From a virus: a stretch of 64,000 nt of DNA. Position 1 is the first letter of the stretch. The number at the start of each line of letters is the position of its first letter. The translations under genes were made by a program, and so were the position numbers. The notes under the pieces were generated by a model. The model was not told where the DNA came from, did no database searches, and was given only the letters and a program-made list of their open reading frames with translations. This document shows positions 55,658-64,000 of this stretch, one piece after another. Location: positions 4,398 to 68,397 of IMG/VR virus record IMGVR_UViG_3300005841_000036; one strand, given 5' to 3'.

Positions 55658-56008
55658 ATGTCGCAATTCCAAGTCAATCTCGCCCGGGCCCTCGCCTCGA
55701 CCGCGGAATCAAAGGGCATCGTGCAGACGGCGACCGATTTCGCCTCGGCGATCGAAAGCCGGATCGGCAGCGGGCAAGAAATGGTCGGGATCCACGCTGC
55801 GATCCTGGCGGTGGTCGGGATGGCTGCCAGATCGGCTAAGCCGATGCCGATCTCGCAAGAGGCCGCCGCGGAGTTGCTGGTCAATCACGCCGCGCTGCAG
55901 GGCAAGGTCGAGGCCCTCGAGGCAGCGCTAGCCGCTCAGGCAAAACCCGCGGAGCCGGTTGCGTTGCCGGCCCCCACCCCGCCCGCGCAGGGCGATTCTG
56001 TTTCCTAG
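55658..56008 (+). CDS. hypothetical protein
   Basis: GAGG RBS, 116 aa. Confidence 0.55.
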   Translation: MSQFQVNLARALASTAESKGIVQTATDFASAIESRIGSGQEMVGIHAAILAVVGMAARSAKPMPISQEAAAELLVNHAALQGKVEALEAALAAQAKPAEPVALPAPTPPAQGDSVS

Positions 56009-56018
56009 AGGATGCGCT

Positions 56019-56623
56019 ATGTTCGGTTGGCTATTCGGCGCGAGGCGCCGGCAAATCTTCAAGTTCTACGATGGGATCCGCTCGAGGACGGCGGATCCCT
56101 TGCACGTTTGGGCAATGCTCCAATCGGATCCAAAGCTCGAGATGGAGCGGCACGTCAAGGAACTGAAATCACCCCTCGACCAGGTCTCGGCTACCGCGCT
56201 GCTGGTGATCGAGGCCGCGGTCCGGCGAGCATTCGAGGTGCCGCAGTTCGTCGACGGCGGCCTGACCGCGCAGGAATGCGTCGAGCTCTTGCTGGCCTAT
56301 GACCTTTGGCTGGCCGATCAAAAAAAAACTTCCAACCCATCGCGGATTTCGCCGCAGCCTATGGATTCTTGCCCCCTGGGATCCGGGTCGATTACCGGCT
56401 GACGGTCGGACTCTGGCAGAATGCAGATCGGACGATGACGCGGAAGTCCTTTGCAACGCTTGCGGCTCTGGCTGTGGCGTTTGGTGATCCGCCCGACGCC
56501 TGGTGGTCTGCGATGAGCGAAACGCCGGAAGAGGGCGCGATGGCCGCGGCCCTGTACAAGGCTGAAAAGATGATGCGAGAAGCCGCCAACGGTGCCGCCA
56601 ACGGTGCCGCGGTTCAAGGATAG
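56019..56623 (+). CDS. tail assembly chaperone G/GT pair with -1 frameshift
   Basis: ORF 56019-56402 and -1 frame ORF to 56623 overlap at A9 run 56320-56328 (DQKK). Confidence 0.7.
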
Positions 56624-56626
56624 CCA

Positions 56627-57202
56627 ATGCCCCTACCACTCATTGCCGGACTGGCCGAGATCGGTCTCGCGATCGGCGGGATCAAGTCGATCGCCGGATC
56701 CGCGATCGGCGTCGCCAAAGCCCTCGGCGGCCTGCCGTGGAAGCTCGAGCAGTTCGGCGACGGATTGCTCGAGGGGAAAGAGGCCCTCCGCATGTACTCG
56801 GGCCAGATCAACCAGGCGTTTGCCAAGCTCGAGGTGGGCGGAATGCTGATCAAGTCCGGCCAGGCCCGGGCGACCGCGGGATCGACCGCCGGACTGGTCG
56901 ACGGGGTCCTCGACCTCAAGCGGACGCTCGCCCCCTGGCAGGCGATCTTCACCAACGGATTTAACAAGCTGGCGACGATCGTCGTGGGCGGCCTGACGTC
57001 GGTCCTGAAAGCGATGGAAGAGATTCCGGGCATCGGCGACAACATCCGCCGCATGCGCGAAGAAATGGAAAAATCCGATGAGATTCCGAATCACTCGGTC
57101 CAGTTCCTAAACGACATCGCAGCCGGCAGGCTGTCGGGGCGAGTGACTGATCGGATCCAGGTCGGCGGCATGCCAGCATTCGGCCGACGGAAGGACCTCT
57201 AA
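56627..57202 (+). CDS. short tape-measure-like protein
   Basis: Follows chaperone pair; Ala/Gly/Leu helical; only 191 aa. Confidence 0.45.
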   Translation: MPLPLIAGLAEIGLAIGGIKSIAGSAIGVAKALGGLPWKLEQFGDGLLEGKEALRMYSGQINQAFAKLEVGGMLIKSGQARATAGSTAGLVDGVLDLKRTLAPWQAIFTNGFNKLATIVVGGLTSVLKAMEEIPGIGDNIRRMREEMEKSDEIPNHSVQFLNDIAAGRLSGRVTDRIQVGGMPAFGRRKDL

Positions 57203-58950
57203 TGGCCACTACCTTGACCTATGGGTCGATCCAATTCACGAACGTTGTAACCAAGGCATTCTCGCAAGAGACGGAATACGACGAATCGGGCACGGATCCC
57301 CTGTTCTCCAAGGCAACGCTGCGGGTGTTCGGGGTCGCGACGATCGACGCCAACGGAACGAATAAGGGTTTCATCACGGGCGCGAGCGGTGCCAACGCGG
57401 GCGCCCATGTAAAGTTGATCCTCGATGCGCTCTGGGAGCCGCGGCAAAATCTGGTCTACAAGATCGGTTCGGGCACCGTGCTACAGTGCAACGGCGTGGC
57501 GCAAACGAACGAGATCAACAACGTCGACGTCAACGGCGGACCCAAGCCCCGTAGCGTGCAGCTGGTGAGCATCCGCGGGGACAAGTCGGTCTGGATCGAG
57601 TTCGAGGTCGAATGCGCCCTGGTGCGATGCACGACGCAAGGATCCGACGGGGTCCTATCGAATCGCTGGGCGATGGTTGATGATATTGACGAATCGCATT
57701 ATGCGACGCGCACGGTCGAGGGGGTGATCCGGTTTGCCCACGTCAACGTCCGGCCGGGGATGTTCCGAGGGCTGATCATTCCGCCCCTGGTCGACGGCTA
57801 TGTCCGGCAAAATATCAATATCACGGTCGACCCCTCGGGCCTGGCCTGCCGGTATCGGGTGGTCGACCGGCAAACCTACGTCGCCCCGCCGACTCCGCTA
57901 ACGAAGTGGACGGGAACGTTTACGGTCTCGACCGCTGACCACGGGATTTCGCAGATCGCCGAGATCGCTGTGAAGGGCGAGGCCCCGCCCCATATCCCCA
58001 AGAAAGACGTGATCACGAAGGTTTTGCAGATCGCATACACCAAGCTGAATCTGCAAAAGCTGAACTCGCCGCAGTTGTTCCTCGAGTCGGCCTCGATCGT
58101 CGAAATGATGAGCACTAACGAGGCCGAGGTTCGTTTCCGGCTGAGGTTCCCGGGCGAGACATCCCTCTTTGATGCGCAGTCGACCACCCTCGGCGCGCCG
58201 TTCAACCTGTCGGGCTACACGGGCAAGGCGCTCCCGCCCTCGATCTTCGGCGCGACGACAGCGGCCGGGCTGTGGACGTGCTACCTCCAGACTCCTTGCG
58301 GCGGCAACTCGCATGGGATCGATCTGCTGGGGACTGGGGCGAACGACGCCGGCGGCGGCGAGCAAAAGCCTGGTGTGACATCCGGCAAGACCGCGGAGAC
58401 GACCGTTAGCGCGGGGTCGGTTAGTGCCTTGCCGGCGCCGCAGCTGAGCGCCGAACACAAAGCGGCCCTCTATACGTTCTACTCGATCACCACGGATTAC
58501 CCGGTCAACTATCACAGGCGACAACTGCCGATCGCACGGCGCAGCCAAGCATCCTCGGGCGGGTCGAGTTCTTCCTCGAGCAAATCGCAGCAAAGCCAGA
58601 AAACCGCGGTGATCATCCCGGTCGCTCTGCCGACGGGCCGGCGGATCATTCGCATCTCAGCCGAGCGGGTGGGGAAAGAGCCGACGCTGCCACAGGGCGC
58701 AGACTACGACGAGCCGAGCGGCGCGCGTGGCTATCTGATGCACCAGAACATCACGCCGCGGGCCCCCGTACCCGGTCCGGACGGATCGCAAAAGCTCTAT
58801 GCCAGCGATGCGGTTTACGAATACGCTTATGATCGACCCCTGGGATCCCAGGATTCGATCACGATCGGACATCTCCCCTGGGTTTCAGGGTCCGGCGCAA
58901 CTGAGAAAATGGCATTCCGCGCCAGCGGATCCTCTGACTCGATCGTTTAA
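57202..58950 (+). CDS. tail tip/baseplate hub-like protein
   Basis: MATTLTYGSIQF start; position in tail operon. Confidence 0.55.
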   Translation: MATTLTYGSIQFTNVVTKAFSQETEYDESGTDPLFSKATLRVFGVATIDANGTNKGFITGASGANAGAHVKLILDALWEPRQNLVYKIGSGTVLQCNGVAQTNEINNVDVNGGPKPRSVQLVSIRGDKSVWIEFEVECALVRCTTQGSDGVLSNRWAMVDDIDESHYATRTVEGVIRFAHVNVRPGMFRGLIIPPLVDGYVRQNINITVDPSGLACRYRVVDRQTYVAPPTPLTKWTGTFTVSTADHGISQIAEIAVKGEAPPHIPKKDVITKVLQIAYTKLNLQKLNSPQLFLESASIVEMMSTNEAEVRFRLRFPGETSLFDAQSTTLGAPFNLSGYTGKALPPSIFGATTAAGLWTCYLQTPCGGNSHGIDLLGTGANDAGGGEQKPGVTSGKTAETTVSAGSVSALPAPQLSAEHKAALYTFYSITTDYPVNYHRRQLPIARRSQASSGGSSSSSSKSQQSQKTAVIIPVALPTGRRIIRISAERVGKEPTLPQGADYDEPSGARGYLMHQNITPRAPVPGPDGSQKLYASDAVYEYAYDRPLGSQDSITIGHLPWVSGSGATEKMAFRASGSSDSIV

Positions 58951-58964
58951 CTGAGGTCTGCACA

Positions 58965-60629
58965 ATGACGATTTCCTGGTCGACGTTCTTCACGCGTTAC
59001 GGCAAGCTGGTCAACGCGGAAAATACGATCAATTTGAATCGTGCGCCGACGACCTCGGGAGCATTCCCCAAGGAACTTAACGACTACCTGATCGAGTTCG
59101 ACAACGTATCGAACGATATGCAGGCGGTGGTCGACGGAATCTCGCCAGCGATCAAGGCCGGGCAAAGCTCTCTCGACGGAGTCATGTCATGGGCGCAGCA
59201 GTCGGCCGAAAAGCTGATGATCCAAACCGTCAAGGATGACAACCCGCAATTCTCGAGCGACCTCAAGACCGCGGTGAAAGAGTTCATCCGGCAGATGCAG
59301 GGGGCATCGCAGACGGTCGACGCCTCGGTGGTCTCTCTCGCGATTACGCCGGCGGGGACCAACAACGGAAACGGTGTCCTGGTCGGGTCGACCAAGCGCG
59401 GGGACGGGCTGGTCAACGAAAACATCCTGGCCGAGACGATCACTTTCAAATGCAACCAGGACAACACCGAGGGGCAGGAGGTTTTCATAGCGACCGGCCA
59501 GGCCTCGGCCCCCGCGCTGTCGGCCGACTGGCCGAAGGGGTCCGGCGCCTCGAGGAACTTTACCGCGGTCGACGCCGCGCTGGGGTCGCCCAATCTGATC
59601 TCGAATGGCTCATTCGAGGACGTAACGATCGCGAACATGCCGGACGACTGGGAGCTAACGACCGGCACGCTTGGGACTACGATCAAAATCACCGATTACG
59701 AAGTCCAGACAATCGCGATGAGCGGGACGCCGTCGGCGGGGACGTTTACCCTGACCTACACCAACCCGTCGAGTAAAGTACAGACGACCGCCCCCCTCGC
59801 CTACAACGCGAGCGGGAACGACGTGCAAATCGCTCTGCGGCTGCTGGCCGGGCTGGAAAACGTCACTGTCACCGAGACGGTTCCGGGGGCGAACTTCACC
59901 TATACGATCGCATTCCTTGGGTCCGATCACGGCAACCTGACGCAACTGACCTCGACGAACTCGACCACGGGCGGAACGATCACGCACGCGACGACCACGC
60001 AAGGGAGCGCGTACGTTTTCAAGGGTGCCCGGGCGCTGCAGTTCGTCGGCGACGGCTCGCAGCTGACCGCGCTCCGGATCAAGCTCACCGGCCTGCAGGC
60101 GCTGCAGCAGTTGGCATTCTGCGGCTGGTTTATGACCGACTCCGCGCCCGCGGCCGGGTCGATGCGAGTCGATCTGTGGGACGGTTCGGCGGTGATCGCA
60201 GACGCGCAGTCGGTCTCGAATTCGTTGACGATTGACCCGACGGCGCTAACCGGCAGCTACGTTGCCTATACCGCGACGTTCCGACTGCCTCGAGTACTCC
60301 CGCCGATCGTCTATCTCCGGATCCGAGTCTCAACGGCGATCACGAACACAAAGAACGTTTTCATGGACCATTTCGCATTGCGGCCGACCGAGCCGCTTTA
60401 CGATGGCGGGCCCGAGTTCGCATTGTTCAGCGGATCGAACACGGCTCTTTTCACCAAGGGCAACGACGTGATCCAGCCGGATTCGATCAGCGTTGTCGCG
60501 AGCAACGGGCGAGAGGGTGCGCTGCAAGAGTCTTTTCAGCGCAATTACGACATGAACGCGATGGGGCTGATCCTTCCGAGCGACGCCGCCGCCGGCGAGA
60601 CGATCGACGACGCAACGTATATCGCCTAA
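58965..60629 (+). CDS. tail protein with carbohydrate-binding-like domain
   Basis: NLISNGSFED, EVQTI..GTFTLTY..LAYNAS module. Confidence 0.65.
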   Translation: MTISWSTFFTRYGKLVNAENTINLNRAPTTSGAFPKELNDYLIEFDNVSNDMQAVVDGISPAIKAGQSSLDGVMSWAQQSAEKLMIQTVKDDNPQFSSDLKTAVKEFIRQMQGASQTVDASVVSLAITPAGTNNGNGVLVGSTKRGDGLVNENILAETITFKCNQDNTEGQEVFIATGQASAPALSADWPKGSGASRNFTAVDAALGSPNLISNGSFEDVTIANMPDDWELTTGTLGTTIKITDYEVQTIAMSGTPSAGTFTLTYTNPSSKVQTTAPLAYNASGNDVQIALRLLAGLENVTVTETVPGANFTYTIAFLGSDHGNLTQLTSTNSTTGGTITHATTTQGSAYVFKGARALQFVGDGSQLTALRIKLTGLQALQQLAFCGWFMTDSAPAAGSMRVDLWDGSAVIADAQSVSNSLTIDPTALTGSYVAYTATFRLPRVLPPIVYLRIRVSTAITNTKNVFMDHFALRPTEPLYDGGPEFALFSGSNTALFTKGNDVIQPDSISVVASNGREGALQESFQRNYDMNAMGLILPSDAAAGETIDDATYIA

Positions 60630-60639
60630 AGAGGTCGAC

Positions 60640-63255
60640 ATGGTTCGCGCAGTTACTGTCCTCGAGGTCCTGCGCTCGAGGTATGCTCGATGGATCACGA
60701 TCGGCCAGGGCAAGGGCGAGGGGGGCGGAACGCCGGTCCAGATCGACGACTCGGGGAACATCCTTAAGGGGCCCGGTGCGCTGAAGAAACAGGGGATCAC
60801 GAATCTTAAGCACTTCGACAAGACCACGCGCGAGATCGACAATGCCCCCTCGAGGGCTAGCGCCAAGGATCAACTGACCGAGAACCTCGCCCGGGCGGCC
60901 GAGGACTGGGACGTCGACGAAGGGGAACTGCGGCAAGCCCTCGACGATGCCTATCAGGAGGGGCACGAGCGGATTGTGCAGCGAGAGAAGGCGAAAGATG
61001 CCCTCCGGAAGAAACTGGGGGTAAACGCTGGCGACATTGCCCGGATGGAGAATGCGGGATTTGATCATGCCAGCGATTCCGAGGCCTTCCGCTCGAGGTT
61101 CCCAGCGATCGCTAAGCGGATGGGGAACGCCGACGTTTTCGCCTCGGAGCTCGCCCGCGACTACCCCGAGCTAGAATTGGGTGATCCGGACCGCGACGAC
61201 GTGGTCGGGGCGATGTTCGAGCGACTTCGCGAAGGCAAGCAGGATCCGCCGGCCAAGCACGATCAGGACCTGATCGATCACGCTGCACAGCAAGTGCGGG
61301 CAATGAAGAAGTGGCGGCAGGAAAACCCGACGACGCACGACGAATACGAGCCGATTCCGTTCCGGAGAACGGGCAAGAAGGAGAGACATATGCGATCAGT
61401 CCTCGACGTGATGCGCGACAAGTTCCGGGCGGTTGGCGATCGCGACAAGCATCGCAAGGCGTTCGACGAGTCGAAGGTGAACCGCGGCCACGGCGGCAAG
61501 TTCGCGCCCAAGGGGGAAATGGCGCAGAAGGCGAAGGGCGCCGAGGGGGTCGGCAACCGAGTGGCCAAGAAAGCTCCCCCGGCCGCGCCCGCGGCTGCGA
61601 AGAAAGCCCCCGCCAAGAAGCCGGCGGCCAAGAAGGGGGGCGACTTTCACTCTGAGGTTTCGGACATCGTCCACGGACTCCACAAGAGCGGCGGCGAGAG
61701 TTCGCCTGGCAAGTCCGGCGCCAAGTTCGGAGATAAGGTTTTCATCGGGCACGCATTCAACGAGTTTAAGAAGAAGAACCCCAAGGCGACTCGAGAAGAG
61801 TTCAACAAGCAGCTGCTAGACGCCCATCGAAACGGAAAGCTGACGCTTTCTCGAGCGGACTTGGTTGGGGCGATGAATCGGAAGGACGTCGATAGCTCGG
61901 AAATGTCGCATCCGATGACCGGCGATCGATTGCATTTGATTCGCGTTCCGGAGAAGCCTGCAGGCACTCCGGAGAAGCCGGCCGCCAAGGCCCCCGCCAA
62001 GGCCCCCACGAAACCCGCTAAGGCCCCTCCCCAGAAACCCGCTCCGAAGGCCAAGCCGGCGGCCAAATCGCCCGCCAAACCCACGGGGAAGGCCGGGACG
62101 GGGGTCTATAAGCCACCCAAGACGCCGCCCAAGCCCTCCCCGAAGCCCGCGGCCAAGCCGGCGACGAAATCCCCGGCCAAGGCCCCCGCGGCCGCCAAAT
62201 CGCCCAAGAAGGCCCCCGCGGCGGCTCCCAAGGCCTCGGCGAAGAAGCCGACCGCCCCCAAGGCCGCTCCGAAACCCACCCCCAATGCCGCGCCCAAGGC
62301 CCCCACAGCCAAGAAGACCCCAGCCAAGAATCCCAAGGGGGGCGGGCTACTGCCGGCGGCGAAGGAGGGGACGAATAAGAACCTCTGGCCCTACGTGGCG
62401 ACCGACAAGAGCTCGCAGGGGAACGTTTCCGCCGCGGGGATCGGCGCCGCCCTCAATCCGGCCGCCAACGCTGGCGGGTCGACTGGCGAGGAACTGAAGT
62501 CGGCCGCGGCCGGCATCACCCCGAAGAGTTTCACGGACAAGATCGCCGAGGCGCAGAAGCCCGCGGCCCCCGCCAAGGCTCCCGCGGCTGCCAAGAATCC
62601 ACGCGCGGCCGGCGCATCCGACTCCCAAGTCGCCGCGGCCATGCGTCGCACTGCGGCCGGCACGGGCCGGCGGACGATGACCCAAGCGACCGCACCGAAG
62701 CGGGGACTGTGGGATCGGATCAAGACCGCGTGGAAACGCGACTGGGCAAAGCCAAAGATCCAGCTGCGCGAGCCGGGCGAAACGGGCATGCTGGGATGGG
62801 CCCGGGCGTTTGCTCGATTGAGCATGCACGAGCGAGAGGGGGAGGTGGTCAAGTATTCCGCCCTCGACCGGCTGCGTGCAGCCTACAACGTCGCCAAGTA
62901 CACGAAGGACGACGCCGGCCACGAACACGGATCAGATGGGAAGTTCACCGGCGGCGGGTCCTCAAGCGGATCCAGCAAAAAGAAAAGCCTATTCGACGAT
63001 CACGAGCCGACTCGCGAAAAGAAGAAGGTCGCCGGCGAGTTCCACGACAATCCGAAGAAGGTGCAAAAGAAGTTACTGAGCGGCCTTGACTCGCTGCCTG
63101 GCCAGCGCGACCTATTCGACAACGACGGCATCGGGAGCAAGGTTGAGGACAAGCCGAGCAAATCGGCCTCGCAGAAATCCATGTTCGCCGCGACCGAGAC
63201 TCGCCCGCGATCGGCCCTCGACCACTTGCGGGCCAGGCGACTTTGCAAAAGATAG
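60640..63255 (+). CDS. large basic modular protein (putative internal head protein) with histone H1-like AKP region
   Basis: RWITIG..GP, FDESKVNR..GKF, DDAGHEH..DGKF motifs; K/A/P-rich 61960-62340; internal RBS+ATG at 61390. Confidence 0.65.
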   Translation: MVRAVTVLEVLRSRYARWITIGQGKGEGGGTPVQIDDSGNILKGPGALKKQGITNLKHFDKTTREIDNAPSRASAKDQLTENLARAAEDWDVDEGELRQALDDAYQEGHERIVQREKAKDALRKKLGVNAGDIARMENAGFDHASDSEAFRSRFPAIAKRMGNADVFASELARDYPELELGDPDRDDVVGAMFERLREGKQDPPAKHDQDLIDHAAQQVRAMKKWRQENPTTHDEYEPIPFRRTGKKERHMRSVLDVMRDKFRAVGDRDKHRKAFDESKVNRGHGGKFAPKGEMAQKAKGAEGVGNRVAKKAPPAAPAAAKKAPAKKPAAKKGGDFHSEVSDIVHGLHKSGGESSPGKSGAKFGDKVFIGHAFNEFKKKNPKATREEFNKQLLDAHRNGKLTLSRADLVGAMNRKDVDSSEMSHPMTGDRLHLIRVPEKPAGTPEKPAAKAPAKAPTKPAKAPPQKPAPKAKPAAKSPAKPTGKAGTGVYKPPKTPPKPSPKPAAKPATKSPAKAPAAAKSPKKAPAAAPKASAKKPTAPKAAPKPTPNAAPKAPTAKKTPAKNPKGGGLLPAAKEGTNKNLWPYVATDKSSQGNVSAAGIGAALNPAANAGGSTGEELKSAAAGITPKSFTDKIAEAQKPAAPAKAPAAAKNPRAAGASDSQVAAAMRRTAAGTGRRTMTQATAPKRGLWDRIKTAWKRDWAKPKIQLREPGETGMLGWARAFARLSMHEREGEVVKYSALDRLRAAYNVAKYTKDDAGHEHGSDGKFTGGGSSSGSSKKKSLFDDHEPTREKKKVAGEFHDNPKKVQKKLLSGLDSLPGQRDLFDNDGIGSKVEDKPSKSASQKSMFAATETRPRSALDHLRARRLCKR

Positions 63256-63306
63256 CCCGGCAAAGTACGCTGGGAAACATCAGTCCTTTTTAGGGAGAAT
63301 TCTCAA

Positions 63307-63513
63307 ATGGCTTACTCTGCAGTCGGCGCCGTGATCGATGCCGCGATGGCCCAGGCTGGCGCCTCATCCGCAAAAACGGCTTTCGTTACCGACCTCAAGG
63401 CGGTTCAGACCGAGATCGCCACGCAATCGGCTACCCTCAAGGAGCCGGTCCAGTGCCAGATCGAGGCGAAGCTGGTCGACCTCGCATCGTTCATCGCGGA
63501 CCAACTCCGCTAA
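63307..63513 (+). CDS. hypothetical protein
   Basis: AGGGAG RBS, 68 aa. Confidence 0.6.
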   Translation: MAYSAVGAVIDAAMAQAGASSAKTAFVTDLKAVQTEIATQSATLKEPVQCQIEAKLVDLASFIADQLR

Positions 63514-63538
63514 TCGACTGGCTCTGGTGGGCCGAGGG

Positions 63539-63581
63539 GCGGGGGATGATCTCAGGCGGTCGCCCCCGCTCTTTTTCTTTT
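63539..63581 (+). terminator. intrinsic terminator
   Basis: GCGGGGG...CCCCCGC stem followed by TCTTTTTCTTTT. Confidence 0.65.
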
Positions 63582-63592
63582 GAGGTGCACGC

Positions 63593-64000
63593 ATGGCCTA
63601 TTCGCAGACCGACCTCGCCACTGTCCTGACCGCGATCCGCGCCCGCCTGATCGCTCAGTCGGTCTTTACCTCGGCGAACATCCGGATCGCCTTTCATCGC
63701 CCCGAGACGATCCCCAAGCCGGGCCCGTTGTTCGCGCTGGTCTATCCTGCCGACGGCAACTTTGACCAGCCGATGCTCGACGGCGGCGGAAAGGACCAGT
63801 GCAACGAATCGGCCGTTTTCGTGGTCGAGATCCTCTCGGCGGTCGCCCTCGATCAGTCCGGATCGGACGAGATCTTTCTAACGCACGCGACGCGCGGGGT
63901 CCTGCAGTCGGTTCGCCTGGTCCTCAAGGCACTGACCGCCCATATGCTCCTCCACCCATCGAGCGGAAACGAGATCCTGCGACATCCCCTCTTGCCGACG
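63593..64000 (+). CDS. putative tail completion protein (runs off window)
   Basis: GAGG RBS; MAYSQTDLATVLTAIRARL...; open to the window end. Confidence 0.55.
   Translation, partial: MAYSQTDLATVLTAIRARLIAQSVFTSANIRIAFHRPETIPKPGPLFALVYPADGNFDQPMLDGGGKDQCNESAVFVVEILSAVALDQSGSDEIFLTHATRGVLQSVRLVLKALTAHMLLHPSSGNEILRHPLLPT

Noticed and set aside
56582-56610. 12-bp tandem repeat GCCGCCAACGGT
   Set aside because: Simple coding duplication (AANG twice)
61960-62340. Repetitive DNA as a possible CRISPR or VNTR array
   Set aside because: Irregular repeats explained by Lys/Ala/Pro codons; no constant repeat-spacer period
1-64000. Diversity-generating retroelement, retron, integrase, DNA polymerase or Cas genes
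   Set aside because: No reverse transcriptase, recombinase catalytic, polymerase or Cas motifs recognised in any ORF

Overview
The whole window reads as one GC-rich tailed-phage (Caudoviricetes) genome segment, probably circularly permuted and most likely infecting a Planctomycetota host (inference). Order: Dam methylase plus a nucleotide-sugar/glycosyltransferase cluster (0.5-7.2 kb), tail-type genes (7.3-10.5 kb), a short leftward operon with a dual-frame C5 DNA methyltransferase (10.8-13.2 kb), and a divergent control region. Then come recombination/replication genes (exonuclease, RecT-like, SSB-like, a RecD2 helicase split around a csrA gene, XPF nuclease, primase-helicase), an AT-rich iteron origin (25.7-26.1 kb), and a candidate lysis module with a papain-like peptidase. 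The right half holds a ParB-methylase, terminase with a class 3 intein, and Mu-like portal/scaffold/capsid/tail genes. The best novelty candidates are (1) a phage CsrA together with a recurring RGRATGCG motif at about ten ribosome-binding sites, (2) an amino-sugar glycosylation pathway placed among virion genes, (3) the two-frame methyltransferase, and (4) a modular internal-head polyprotein sharing a short motif with the portal. I recognised no integrase, DNA polymerase, CRISPR array or reverse transcriptase. All calls are from motif reading by eye; no searches were run.
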